From the IMG/VR virus record IMGVR_UViG_3300017700_000721, positions 32,001 through 96,000 of that record: DNA of 64,000 nt; one strand, 5' to 3'. Positions 1 to 9,104 of the stretch are shown in pieces. The stretch comes from a virus. Its lineage: Duplodnaviria > Caudoviricetes. A program made the translations under genes and the position numbers. Position 1 is the first letter of the stretch, and each line of letters starts with the position of its first letter. The notes under the pieces are model-generated. The model was not told the DNA's origin, did not search any database, and saw only the letters and a list, made by a program, of their open reading frames with translations.

Positions 1-595
1 CCACTATTTCTTTTGCTCGCCGCTCGCCACGATCCTCAATCAGCTTAGAAGGATCTTTCGAGGGGATCATCAGCCTGTTGATTTCCAACGAGTCTCTCAG
101 CCTCTGGTCCGCAGCGTCAGTAGCTTTCTCGCCGGGACCGTCGTGATCAAAGGCGGTCCAGACTTGGCGAGCGTATCTCTTCAAGAAGACTAGTAGGTGC
201 TTAGCTATACCTTTAGAGAGACGGGCGTAGACCGCATAGTCCGGCACGCATCTCTTGATTGCTGCACGGTCGAACAGCCCCTCGGTCAGGATCACCCGAC
301 CGTTCAAGTAGAGTAGTTCGTGGTCCTGCTCTGATCCGTAAAGGATCGGCAGGTGGCTCGCGTTCGTTCCAACAGCCCATCGGTATTCATGGACGTCAGC
401 TCTGCGTGTCTGAACACCGGCAATCTGCCCTCCCATGCTTCGGCAGGGCCAGGCTATCACAGGGTTGTCGGTTCGTATTGTCACACCCTCGACGTTGTGT
501 ACCCCCTCACCTAAAGACCTGATATCCTCCTGCTCGATCAAAGCAGGGGTATAAGATCTGGTGAGTAGGTACGCTCGATGGGCGTCTGAAAGCAT
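1..595 (-). CDS. DnaG-type primase catalytic (TOPRIM) subunit lacking the zinc-binding domain; runs off the window edge
   Basis: Not in ORF track; manual translation from ATG 595: MLSDAHRAYLLTRSY...VILTEGLFD...WTAFDHDGPGEKA...SKDPSKL, giving the TOPRIM EGxxD, DxD and KDP motifs; no CHC2 finger at the N-terminus. Confidence 0.85.
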   Translation of the reverse strand, partial: MLSDAHRAYLLTRSYTPALIEQEDIRSLGEGVHNVEGVTIRTDNPVIAWPCRSMGGQIAGVQTRRADVHEYRWAVGTNASHLPILYGSEQDHELLYLNGRVILTEGLFDRAAIKRCVPDYAVYARLSKGIAKHLLVFLKRYARQVWTAFDHDGPGEKATDAADQRLRDSLEINRLMIPSKDPSKLIEDRGERRAKEIV

Positions 596-601
596 GGGAC
601 C

Positions 602-757
602 TTAGATACGGCCCAGCAGGAGCAGGATCAGCACGATGACCAGCACGATGCCAATGCCGCCGCTCGGATAAAACCCCCAATTGATAGAGTGCGGCCACTG
701 AGGCCACGCGCCAACCAGCAATAGTATCAGGATGACTAGAAGGATTGTTCCAAGCAT
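602..757 (-). CDS. Small membrane protein, DUF3309-like (51 aa)
   Basis: Manual translation MLGTILLVILILLLVGAWPQWPHSINWGFYPSGGIGIVLVIVLILLLLGRI; two hydrophobic helices around a WPHS..WG..PSGG loop typical of DUF3309. Confidence 0.8.
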   Translation of the reverse strand: MLGTILLVILILLLVGAWPQWPHSINWGFYPSGGIGIVLVIVLILLLLGRI

Positions 758-760
758 GGC

Positions 761-3700
761 TTACTCCGCTGCAACTAGCTCGTGCCCAACGTCGATCGCC
801 TGCAGCTGGCGTGTGAAGAACACGTCCATATCTACAGGATAGTTGATGTCGAGGCCGTTGTCGGCTACAAGCGAGATACCCGACTTCAGCTTCTCGCCTC
901 GGAAGAGGTCCATCTCAAGCGGCCCGCCAGTCACAGAACAGGTCTGCACTTCACCCGCAAGGGCTGCGAAGACGTCGGTTTCGCCCGTCTCCTTCGCCAG
1001 CTGCAGGTAGCCGTCGCAATAAATGGGGTAAGCCTTCCAGCTGAAACCCTTTCGGCCGGTGACTGCCTCCAGCATGGCCATCGGATTGTAGTTACCCGAG
1101 ATCACCATTCGCACAAGGGTGCCGCGCTGGTCAGGCATCCACTGGTAGGTTACCTGGCGGACGTCCTTCGCTCCGAGAGCCTGCTCGATGGTGACGAACA
1201 CACCCTTGCCCTGGGTCTTCTTGATCTTGATCTGACCTAGCTTGCCTTCGTACTTGCGCTCGAAATAACGCTCGATGTCACCTCGAATACGGGCGTGACT
1301 CATACCCGAGTTCGGGATGAACATCGAGTAGATGGCATAGTCCACGTCGTTTCGCAGGACGGTAAGATGAGTGTCCATGCGAATGTCGATGATCTCGCCT
1401 TCCCTGATGTAGGTGTTAGCCTCGGCGATCATCCCGCGGAGCTCGCTCTCTGAGACAGGGCTCGAGAGCGAGAAGTCATAGATGTTGTGCCCGAAGGTCC
1501 AGTCCTTCGCCATGTTGGCACCAGCCGCAATGCGCGCATGCCCAATCGAGCCCACGAAAGCATCGTTGAACTTCTTGGACACGTTCATCAGGGCGCGGGG
1601 GATCTGGTACTGGAAGTAGCCCTTCATGACGAACCTGTAGATCGGGTCCGTTGTCCGGAAAAGCACTCGAAGGTGATAGCTCTTTTCGCGAGACTGGGCG
1701 GCGGCCGAGATCTTCTCGGTCGGGATGGTCGGTGCAACTCGGCGGCCTACAATGGCCTTGATAAGGGCAGTGTTAGGCTTACCATCCTTGTCCGGGTCAC
1801 AGGCGCCGCACTCGTTGACATGGCAAACACCCTTGATCGTCCGGGTGCTGAGGCAATAAGCCACACCCTGGTAAGCAACTGCCTTCACGTAGCCGCGCCA
1901 AAGGATCTCCTTCGAGGTCGAGTAAGCGATGTCTTCCCACGGGAAGATGTACTCGAAGGACTTCTCGCCCCAGGTGATCTCCAAGTCAATATTCGGGTCG
2001 CGCTTGACACGCTCAGCCCACCTGGTCCAAGTTCCCTTCGGGACGTTACCGTAGAAGCGGAAGCCGTCCTTGAAGTGCGACTGGATCAGAAGGCCGGTGA
2101 TGTTGCGACCACCGTGGTTAATGGTGTTCGAGACAAGGGGCTCCTCTCCGGAGACGGAAAGACGACGACCCCAGCCCAGCTCTTTTGCTCTTCCGAAGAG
2201 CTTATCCAGACTGCGGGTGCCATGCATGATCGCAGCATTGCAGGGAGCAAACTGGAGGGCAGTGAAAGCAGAAGGGAAGAGCGGGGTGAATGAAACACGA
2301 AAACGGGTCGAAGCTCCCAGCTTTTGTCGGAGGGCATTGACTTTCTCCATCAAGGAGCAGAACTCCTGGACGTCGTGATCCTGCTCGAGCCCGGTCACGA
2401 TCTGGAAGAACTTGAGCTCACCTGCCCCTTCCTTCATCATCTCGGCCGCACACATCAAGATCTCCCACTCCTGGAGGTTCTTGTTGAGGTAGGCTCGGGT
2501 GCGGCCGCTGATGCCCTCGACGCCGAGGGTAAAGTTGGACTTCTTCAGCCAACGCTGAACCTTGACCTGCTCCGGCGTCTCGGCCAGCATGTCAATACGC
2601 TGGGAGATCAAGCCCACCTTGTAACCGCGCTTAACGCTCTCGGCCACGAGGGGGAAGAAGTCGGAATACTGGTTGAAGTTCAGCGAGAAGAAGCTGACTT
2701 CCTTGGTACCTTGGTTGCGTGTGGCGTTGTCGAGGGCGTCCATCACCTTCCCGAGCGAACGCTCCCGGTAGGGGCCCTCAGACCCTTCTCGGCAGAAAGA
2801 GCAAGCACCCCAACCGGCAGATCCAATGCAGCCAACGGAGCCTGCGATAGCCACATCGACTGACGCACCGTCTCCTGTGTAAGGGAGAATCTTCTGCTCA
2901 AGGGTTCGCACGGTGTCGAGGTTATCGACGTTCGACCGCGTGACGGGAAACTGAGCATAGTCACAGCCTTCCTTCCGACGGATGGAAGTTATCGAGCCCT
3001 TACCGTCGAACTCGTGGACGTAGCAATCCGGCTCGTAAAAGCCCATCACTCGTCCGTGGCAGTTGCGGAGGATCTCCCGCTTGGACCAGCCCTTCTGCTT
3101 GCCCTCACGGACAATACGCATGAACTCCTTACCCGCTTCCTCGCCATCGCCGTAGATCACGGCGTCTACCAAGGTCGAGTATTTTGTCCCATCCGAGGCA
3201 ATAAACTCCCCGGCCAGGGGCGCGGTCGTTCCGGAATTGGCTCCACCGACGAGGATAATCGGAATGTCCTCGCGCTCCATCCGCTGCTCCTTGAAGAGCG
3301 GGATGCCCGAGTCGTGAAGCAACGGCACGAAGTTTAGCTGCTCCATCGACACGGCATGGGTGATTGAAAGAACATCGAAGCGATGAGCCTTCAACTTGGT
3401 TCCAACACCAAACCAGACCGGAAAGTTGTTCTCCAGAAGGAGACGATAGTCGTTCGGCTTGGGAAGGAAGGCCAGGTCGCAGAAGGTGTAATCCTCCTCG
3501 CCGTAGATCTGCGCCATCAGCGAGTGCGACATCGAGAGACTCACACTCTCGTAGGTCGATAGCCGGGCGATCAAGATCCGGACTTCAGCGCTCTGGTAAC
3601 GCTCCATGTCAGGGCTGTTCGCTTCGCCTCCGATGTAGGCGTACGGGCTGTCGAATTTGTGGAGGTTGTTTCGGAAGAAATCGAGGAGGGGCGGACCGTC

Positions 3701-3928
3701 CAGAACCGGCTTCGGGTTCAGGATGAAGTGCTCATCCATTTCCTTCTCGTCCTGCAGCTGCAGGAAGTCACGGGTGTTTCCGCCCGTTAGAAATGTTCCT
3801 TCGATCTGGTTTTCCTCGGAGGTCATCGCCTGTTCGAGCGCTGACATCTCCTCGTACAAATCCTCGTTGACCTCCTCGACCGGGGTGGCGTTCACTTCGA
3901 GGGCGTCCACTGAGGGCTTGTCGGTCAT
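761..3928 (-). CDS. Large radical SAM protein, TIGR03960-like, with a C-terminal DUF2344/TIGR03936-like region
   Basis: IPIILVGG, IYGDGEE, GFYEP, GC-x8-CSFC, YRERS, EVSFFSL, FTLGVEG, LKFFQIVTGLE, late CGAC; ATG 3928 has GGAG 6 nt upstream. Confidence 0.75.
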   Translation of the reverse strand: MTDKPSVDALEVNATPVEEVNEDLYEEMSALEQAMTSEENQIEGTFLTGGNTRDFLQLQDEKEMDEHFILNPKPVLDGPPLLDFFRNNLHKFDSPYAYIGGEANSPDMERYQSAEVRILIARLSTYESVSLSMSHSLMAQIYGEEDYTFCDLAFLPKPNDYRLLLENNFPVWFGVGTKLKAHRFDVLSITHAVSMEQLNFVPLLHDSGIPLFKEQRMEREDIPIILVGGANSGTTAPLAGEFIASDGTKYSTLVDAVIYGDGEEAGKEFMRIVREGKQKGWSKREILRNCHGRVMGFYEPDCYVHEFDGKGSITSIRRKEGCDYAQFPVTRSNVDNLDTVRTLEQKILPYTGDGASVDVAIAGSVGCIGSAGWGACSFCREGSEGPYRERSLGKVMDALDNATRNQGTKEVSFFSLNFNQYSDFFPLVAESVKRGYKVGLISQRIDMLAETPEQVKVQRWLKKSNFTLGVEGISGRTRAYLNKNLQEWEILMCAAEMMKEGAGELKFFQIVTGLEQDHDVQEFCSLMEKVNALRQKLGASTRFRVSFTPLFPSAFTALQFAPCNAAIMHGTRSLDKLFGRAKELGWGRRLSVSGEEPLVSNTINHGGRNITGLLIQSHFKDGFRFYGNVPKGTWTRWAERVKRDPNIDLEITWGEKSFEYIFPWEDIAYSTSKEILWRGYVKAVAYQGVAYCLSTRTIKGVCHVNECGACDPDKDGKPNTALIKAIVGRRVAPTIPTEKISAAAQSREKSYHLRVLFRTTDPIYRFVMKGYFQYQIPRALMNVSKKFNDAFVGSIGHARIAAGANMAKDWTFGHNIYDFSLSSPVSESELRGMIAEANTYIREGEIIDIRMDTHLTVLRNDVDYAIYSMFIPNSGMSHARIRGDIERYFERKYEGKLGQIKIKKTQGKGVFVTIEQALGAKDVRQVTYQWMPDQRGTLVRMVISGNYNPMAMLEAVTGRKGFSWKAYPIYCDGYLQLAKETGETDVFAALAGEVQTCSVTGGPLEMDLFRGEKLKSGISLVADNGLDINYPVDMDVFFTRQLQAIDVGHELVAAE

Positions 3929-4099
3929 ATACAACTCCAGATGAGAGGATTGGGGCTTGCCGCTTCCGCGTTAACCTTGTTTGGTTAACAAGGTGCCCGT
4001 TCCAGCTATCCAATACCAGTGGAGGTGCTCAGTAGCAAGGGCTTAAACCCACCTCCCTTCCACGTGTTCCCAAGTTACATCCCTCGTAATAGAGCTAGA

Positions 4100-4732
4100 T
4101 CAAGGCTTCTTGACTAAGTCAAAGGTCACTCCAGCCTTTGACTCTTTCGCCTCGTAATGGGCAGTGGCATGACGCACGAAGCCTTCCTGATGGGTGATCA
4201 TCAAGATACTAAACCCTAGCTCCCGACAGATCTTCTGGAGAAGGGCAGAGGCGTTCTCGTGGTACTGCACAGAGAGATGGGAAAGAGACTCGTCCAGCAT
4301 AAGGAAGCGCTTCTTCTTCAGGACGATGATCGTCACGACCCTGAGTAGTACGCCGGAGAGCACGAGGACTCCACCACCGAAGCTCTCAAGGAGAGGAGCA
4401 CTCTTTCCGTTGTGGTAGAGCTCGAACTTCATGCTGGTCTTGCCGCGGTATTTGTCCACCACGGTCTTAAATTCCAGCTTCTGGTCGTAAAACACAGCCT
4501 TCAGTCCGGCTGTGACCAGCTTGTCGATGGTGTCTGTAGATTGGTTGAGGGCCTTAGCTGAGACAGCCTGGAGGGTGGCTTCCACCTTCTCCAAAAGGTC
4601 AACTTCTTTCGTCAAGGCTAGGTATTCAGCCTCCAAACGAAGAAGGTCGTCCTTCCGATCAGAGAGTTGCCGCTCCCTTACGGCAACCCCCTGCTCTAGT
4701 TCGACTAGCTTTTTGTCGATCTCCGGTATCAC
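4100..4732 (-). CDS. SbcC/Rad50-like ABC ATPase, C-terminal half
   Basis: Coiled coil, then signature-like SFGGG, Walker B FLMLDES, H-loop MITH; no Walker A. Confidence 0.8.
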   Translation of the reverse strand: MIPEIDKKLVELEQGVAVRERQLSDRKDDLLRLEAEYLALTKEVDLLEKVEATLQAVSAKALNQSTDTIDKLVTAGLKAVFYDQKLEFKTVVDKYRGKTSMKFELYHNGKSAPLLESFGGGVLVLSGVLLRVVTIIVLKKKRFLMLDESLSHLSVQYHENASALLQKICRELGFSILMITHQEGFVRHATAHYEAKESKAGVTFDLVKKP

Positions 4733-5250
4733 TGGGTGACCAGGTCCGCCGTCTCGGTCAGGTCGGGCTCGGCGCCGGGTTCCGTCTTCTTCTTGGACTT
4801 CGACTTCGCGAAGGCCACGAGGAACTGACGGAGGTTCTTATGGTAGGCTCCGTGGCGTTCGAGCACTTCCTCGAACTCCTCGATTGAGTGCGTCTTGATG
4901 TAGGTCTTGGGTCGGCCGGCATCGTCGTACAGGATGTCCTGCTCGTCGTCGGGGTTCACCCGGAGACCGCAATGACCCAGCTCGTGGTCCATCAGGGCTT
5001 CCTTGAACTCGTCCGTCGCCGTCTCCCAGAGATCATAGGCAATCTCGATGATGAAGTCATAGGCGTGGATGGTTCGGTTCCGGTCGTCGACCTTGATGCA
5101 ACGACCGGCTATCACCTTGTCGTCGGAGATCGACGCTTCGGACCGAAACATGTACTGGATCTTGAGGTGACCCAGCATCGGACGGTGCTTGTTGATAATC
5201 TCTTTGCCGAGCTTCTCGAGGTCGGCGTCAATCCGATAGGTGATCGGCAT
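4729..5250 (-). CDS. Putative phage metallopeptidase (HExxH)
   Basis: YDFIIEI...W...ALMDHELGH and HSIEEFEEVLERHG pattern. Confidence 0.7.
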   Translation of the reverse strand: MPITYRIDADLEKLGKEIINKHRPMLGHLKIQYMFRSEASISDDKVIAGRCIKVDDRNRTIHAYDFIIEIAYDLWETATDEFKEALMDHELGHCGLRVNPDDEQDILYDDAGRPKTYIKTHSIEEFEEVLERHGAYHKNLRQFLVAFAKSKSKKKTEPGAEPDLTETADLVTQ

Positions 5251-5259
5251 GGTGTCTCC

Positions 5260-5577
5260 TCAGAGAAGGCCTTCGCGGCTGAGCTTCTTCTCGATTGCGT
5301 TAATCACGTCTTTCCGGGAGGTTGAAAGATCCCACCGGAAACCTTGTGACCTGATACCTTGAAGGGCTGATCTTGTGAAGCCCTCCTCGTAGTCAGTCAG
5401 AACCTCGTCTCCGATCGCCGTCTCCGCTGCCTCGAGCACCCGTTTAGCTTCCGAGTGCTCGAGCGGAAGGATCTGACGAACAGAGCCGAAACCGACCTGT
5501 TCGCCGTTGCTACTCAAGGGAGACGTCTTCCAGGGCGCCTTCGGCCAGCTCGGTTGAGGACTCGGTTCCGTCGACAC
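5260..5577 (-). CDS. Hypothetical protein
   Basis: 105-aa ORF filling the gap in the operon; no motif recognised. Confidence 0.55.
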   Translation of the reverse strand: MSTEPSPQPSWPKAPWKTSPLSSNGEQVGFGSVRQILPLEHSEAKRVLEAAETAIGDEVLTDYEEGFTRSALQGIRSQGFRWDLSTSRKDVINAIEKKLSREGLL

Positions 5578-6799
5578 CTGCGTTGGTGACTGGAGTCTCC
5601 TTCGTGCGAGCCTTCTCGGCTGCCGCAGCGTCGGCCTTCTCCTTCTCGATCTGGGCGTCGGTCCGGAACGGGATCACGGTCACGACCTCACGGTCGTTTG
5701 TATGATCGCGAACCAGAAGCAGGTGCTTCTTCTGGATGATCGACAGGTCGACGACCGAGTCACCCTTGAAAACAGAGAGGGTGTCGTTGAGGTGCTTGAA
5801 GGACACCGGGAATGAGGTCGCGGTCGTTCCGGTGCGGCCGCACGAGCAGCGTTCGTAGGAGCGACGGCCGAGGCTGTTCTTCGAGGAGACCTCGAGGTAC
5901 TGCTCCGGCTTCTGGCCGTCCGCGTCGAAGATCACCTTGACTTCCTGGGAGTCGAGACCCAGGGCGACGCCGGCGATCATGGCCTGCAGGACCTTCTTGT
6001 CGATGGAGATCTCGTCGTCGGGGGTGCCGACAGCGGTGATCATGCCCTCGACCTGTGGGAAGTGGCGCTCAACCTTGCGGATGCCGAAGGTGAAGCCGTT
6101 CAGCTTACCCCGCATGTAGTAGTAGTTTTGGCCGTCGATGAGCTGGACGCTCTCGGCCTCGGTGTTCTTGATGGCCGTGATGACAGCGCTGAGGATCGCG
6201 GCCGGCACTTTGTAGGACAGGCTCTTGTCGAAGCCGTCATGGGAGTAAATCATGATCTTGCTGCCGTCCGACGACAGAACACGGCCGCCACGAAGCTCGA
6301 CATGTGTCACGTCGGGGCGGAGGTTGTTCGCTGTCGTGCAGCTCTTGGCGCAGGTGAGGGCTTCCTCGAAGGAGGAGCGGTCGATCGACGTGCCTTCCAT
6401 CGTAAGATGGTCCGAAACGCCTTGCTCGATCTGCTTGAGCGTCGCCGAGTCATAGAGGACCAGGTTGACAGTGAGAAGACCAGACTGAACTTCGAGACCT
6501 TCCTGGTCGGCCTTGAAATAGACCCGCTCGGCTTCGGTGCTGTTCACGAGGTTGATGAGCTTGGCGCCCATGACGCCGAAGGATCCGTCGACCGGCGTCT
6601 CTTCGGTCCGCGTGATCGGCTGTTCGGTACGGCAGAACATCTCCTTGCCGGAGGTGAACATCGTCAGCTTGTTGCCGGTGACGTTGAAACGAATGAGAAG
6701 GCCGGGAAGATCCGTCTTGAGGGAACCGAGGCCGTTGCGGACGAAGTTGACGCGCTGGCGCAACTCCTTCATCTCGACTGAGAAGTTCACGTCTGCCAC
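5510..6799 (-). CDS. DNA polymerase III beta-type sliding clamp (DnaN-like)
   Basis: About 380-aa three-domain alpha/beta pattern, SSDGSKI (cf. ATDGHRL), FPQV (cf. FPDY), VSFKHLNDTL (cf. FNxxYLLD); AAGGAG RBS. Confidence 0.7.
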   Translation of the reverse strand: MADVNFSVEMKELRQRVNFVRNGLGSLKTDLPGLLIRFNVTGNKLTMFTSGKEMFCRTEQPITRTEETPVDGSFGVMGAKLINLVNSTEAERVYFKADQEGLEVQSGLLTVNLVLYDSATLKQIEQGVSDHLTMEGTSIDRSSFEEALTCAKSCTTANNLRPDVTHVELRGGRVLSSDGSKIMIYSHDGFDKSLSYKVPAAILSAVITAIKNTEAESVQLIDGQNYYYMRGKLNGFTFGIRKVERHFPQVEGMITAVGTPDDEISIDKKVLQAMIAGVALGLDSQEVKVIFDADGQKPEQYLEVSSKNSLGRRSYERCSCGRTGTTATSFPVSFKHLNDTLSVFKGDSVVDLSIIQKKHLLLVRDHTNDREVVTVIPFRTDAQIEKEKADAAAAEKARTKETPVTNAGVDGTESSTELAEGALEDVSLE

Positions 6800-6825
6800 G
6801 AATAGTCTCCTTGCTGCGTCATTGA

Positions 6826-7227
6826 TTAGCCGATGTCGATATCGTCGGCCGGGTTGGTCGGTTTCGGCGGAGGTTCAGCAGCCGGAGCTGGTGAGGTCTC
6901 GACGACGGTTGGTTCGGCCGAGGTCAAGATCTCTCCGATCGAGGTCGCCGTCGTTGGGGGTTCCACAGGGATGGTTCCCTTGAGTTTACCCTCAAACTCA
7001 TCCAGAGACGCGCGGGCCGACGTCATAAAGGACTCGATGTCCCCTTTGAGGCGCTGCATCTCTTCCTGAGGCTTGTCCGGGTCAACCCCGAGTAGGATAA
7101 GGTCGGCGCGGATCTTGTCTTTCCGCTCCAGGGTCGAGCGCTGCTGCTCGGTGAGCACGGCGTGCTGACGGATGAGGTTCTGATGCCTGTCCTGCAGGCC
7201 ACGGAACTCTTCTTCGGGGGTGGGCAT
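6826..7227 (-). CDS. Coiled-coil protein with Pro/Thr-rich tail
   Basis: Heptad-rich first ~80 aa; acidic C-terminus DDIDIG. Confidence 0.65.
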   Translation of the reverse strand: MPTPEEEFRGLQDRHQNLIRQHAVLTEQQRSTLERKDKIRADLILLGVDPDKPQEEMQRLKGDIESFMTSARASLDEFEGKLKGTIPVEPPTTATSIGEILTSAEPTVVETSPAPAAEPPPKPTNPADDIDIG

Positions 7228-7233
7228 TGCTTC

Positions 7234-8076
7234 TCATACCTTCGGGTTGGGATCCCCGAAGCCTACCTGGGTCGGGGTTACGTCGGTTACTTCTTCCTTG
7301 GCTTTGAAGGCGCTGCGGCAGACCTTGTTCCAGTTGCAGTTCCAACAACGGTCACGTTCCGGCCTGGCTTCAAGGTCACCCGGTATCCCCTTCTTCAGTT
7401 CTTCGAACAGGGGCTGGACAGATTTTACCTCGGTGTTGCCAAAATCGTATAGCGACTTGGGGGTCACGTCAACCGGCACGTAATCGTGGTTGAAGTAGAG
7501 TAGGCCACCGCCCGCTATTTTCCGGCCTGAGCTGGCTCGGTTAAGGGCGTAGTATTTGACTTGCCTCTCGTCAGCATTCTTTGCTGCGTGGCCCTTACCG
7601 TCGATGATAAAGTCGCCGGATTTTCCTTCTCTAAGGAAGTCCACCATTGCAAACATACGGAAGCCGTTGAAGACTCCGTTCAACATAACCTCGGACCTAA
7701 GCTCGAGGTTCAGCATGCCCAGGTCTCGCATGATCTTCATGCCGTTGAGTACCTGAAAACGAGTCCTCTTCTCGAGCTCGGCCTGGTCCATTCCGTAAGG
7801 ATAAGACGGCTGGAGCTCGTAGTTAAACCAGTGAGAGGCGAACACCCGGTCCACGATCTTCATCATGACCTCGGGTGTGTCGCACCCTGGCCGGAGGTTC
7901 ACCCTCTGATTAAAGTACTGCTCGAAGGTGTATTGGACGATCTTGCCCAGGGCCTGGTAAAAGTTGGTTCTGACCTTCCCTGTCGGACGCTTCTCGATCG
8001 CGTATTGCAGCGATAGAGGACATTCAAGGGCAAGGACTAGCTTTGACCACGAGACAGAGTGACGCCAATAAGTCAC
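7234..8076 (-). CDS. PD-(D/E)XK nuclease, Cas4/AddB-like
   Basis: SWS...ECP, MVDFL, IIDGK, QVKYY, C-terminal CWNCNWNKVC (1+3 Cys staple). Confidence 0.8.
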   Translation of the reverse strand: MTYWRHSVSWSKLVLALECPLSLQYAIEKRPTGKVRTNFYQALGKIVQYTFEQYFNQRVNLRPGCDTPEVMMKIVDRVFASHWFNYELQPSYPYGMDQAELEKRTRFQVLNGMKIMRDLGMLNLELRSEVMLNGVFNGFRMFAMVDFLREGKSGDFIIDGKGHAAKNADERQVKYYALNRASSGRKIAGGGLLYFNHDYVPVDVTPKSLYDFGNTEVKSVQPLFEELKKGIPGDLEARPERDRCWNCNWNKVCRSAFKAKEEVTDVTPTQVGFGDPNPKV

Positions 8077-9104
8077 TTCTTGTCGCCTTTTAGCTCGGCG
8101 GCCTGGATGTATTCAAGGGCACGCTTGCGAACCTCCTCAGAGGGTGCGACCTCGGATAATATATCGACGGGGTCGGCCGACTTGACTTCCGCCGAGGCCA
8201 GGGTGGTAATGAACTCGTCCATTTCCTTGCGCTCGGCTTTGATTTCGGCATGCTTTTCCAGGTCCAGTAAGTCCTCGATCGGGGGCATCTTGGGGCGGAG
8301 AAGGGTGAACTTCCGCTCGATCTTGCCGTCGACCTTAGATACCTCGATGAGGCATGCAGCGGGACGGCGATTGAGGTCATGACTGTGAGAGCCTGTGATA
8401 GACATTGAGCCTTGCGAGACGTAGTGGCGCCCGGCTACCTCGGCAACACCTTTGTCCTCGTGGTGGTGACCCACGCAGATGATGTCAGACTCTGACTCCT
8501 TGAAGAAGTCGAAGCCGTAAAGGGCCTCGCCGAAGAACTCGCCGGTCTGGGCCCCTAGCCAGAAATGACCCATTGTGATAAGGGTGTCGGCTCCGAGCTT
8601 CTTCTTGTCACGGATGTGTTGAGCCTGGCCGTGATGGTAGGAACCGCCTGCGATACGCACGGTGTGCCCGTCGCATTGATACAGGTAGTCGGCTCGGTCA
8701 AGGAGGTGATAGGCTCCGGCCTCGATGAGGACTTCGATCGGCTGGCCCTTGAGACCCGTCTCGAGGGAGCCGTATTTGATGTCGTGGTTCCCGGCTACGC
8801 CAAGGTTCTTGAGCGCCCCTTGGATTTGAACCTCTTTGAACTCCCGGATGGTCTTTGCGACTAGCCACAGGGGGTTGTTTCGAGGTTCCTTGAGGTGAAA
8901 AAGGTCCCCAGACCAAAGAATAGCGTCGACCTTTAGGCGAATAGCCGCCTGGAATACCTGGGATAGCATGCTGTCCAGGTGCTCAGGGTAAGGCACCTTG
9001 AAGGCTGGCGGTGACGAGGCTGCGATATGCGGATCGTTGATCTCGATCGCCCGGAAGGTGGTCGGATCCTTCGCTTCACATTTAACGGTGATCACCTCAG
9101 ACAT
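8073..9104 (-). CDS. SbcD/Mre11-like metallophosphoesterase nuclease
   Basis: NDPH, SGDLFH, AGNHD, GHHH motifs; adjacent to the SbcC N-half. Confidence 0.85.
   Translation of the reverse strand: MSEVITVKCEAKDPTTFRAIEINDPHIAASSPPAFKVPYPEHLDSMLSQVFQAAIRLKVDAILWSGDLFHLKEPRNNPLWLVAKTIREFKEVQIQGALKNLGVAGNHDIKYGSLETGLKGQPIEVLIEAGAYHLLDRADYLYQCDGHTVRIAGGSYHHGQAQHIRDKKKLGADTLITMGHFWLGAQTGEFFGEALYGFDFFKESESDIICVGHHHEDKGVAEVAGRHYVSQGSMSITGSHSHDLNRRPAACLIEVSKVDGKIERKFTLLRPKMPPIEDLLDLEKHAEIKAERKEMDEFITTLASAEVKSADPVDILSEVAPSEEVRKRALEYIQAAELKGDKK

Noticed and set aside
7234-8076. Cas4-like gene as a sign of a CRISPR system
   Set aside because: No repeat-spacer array or other cas genes; stand-alone Cas4-like nucleases are common in phage recombination modules
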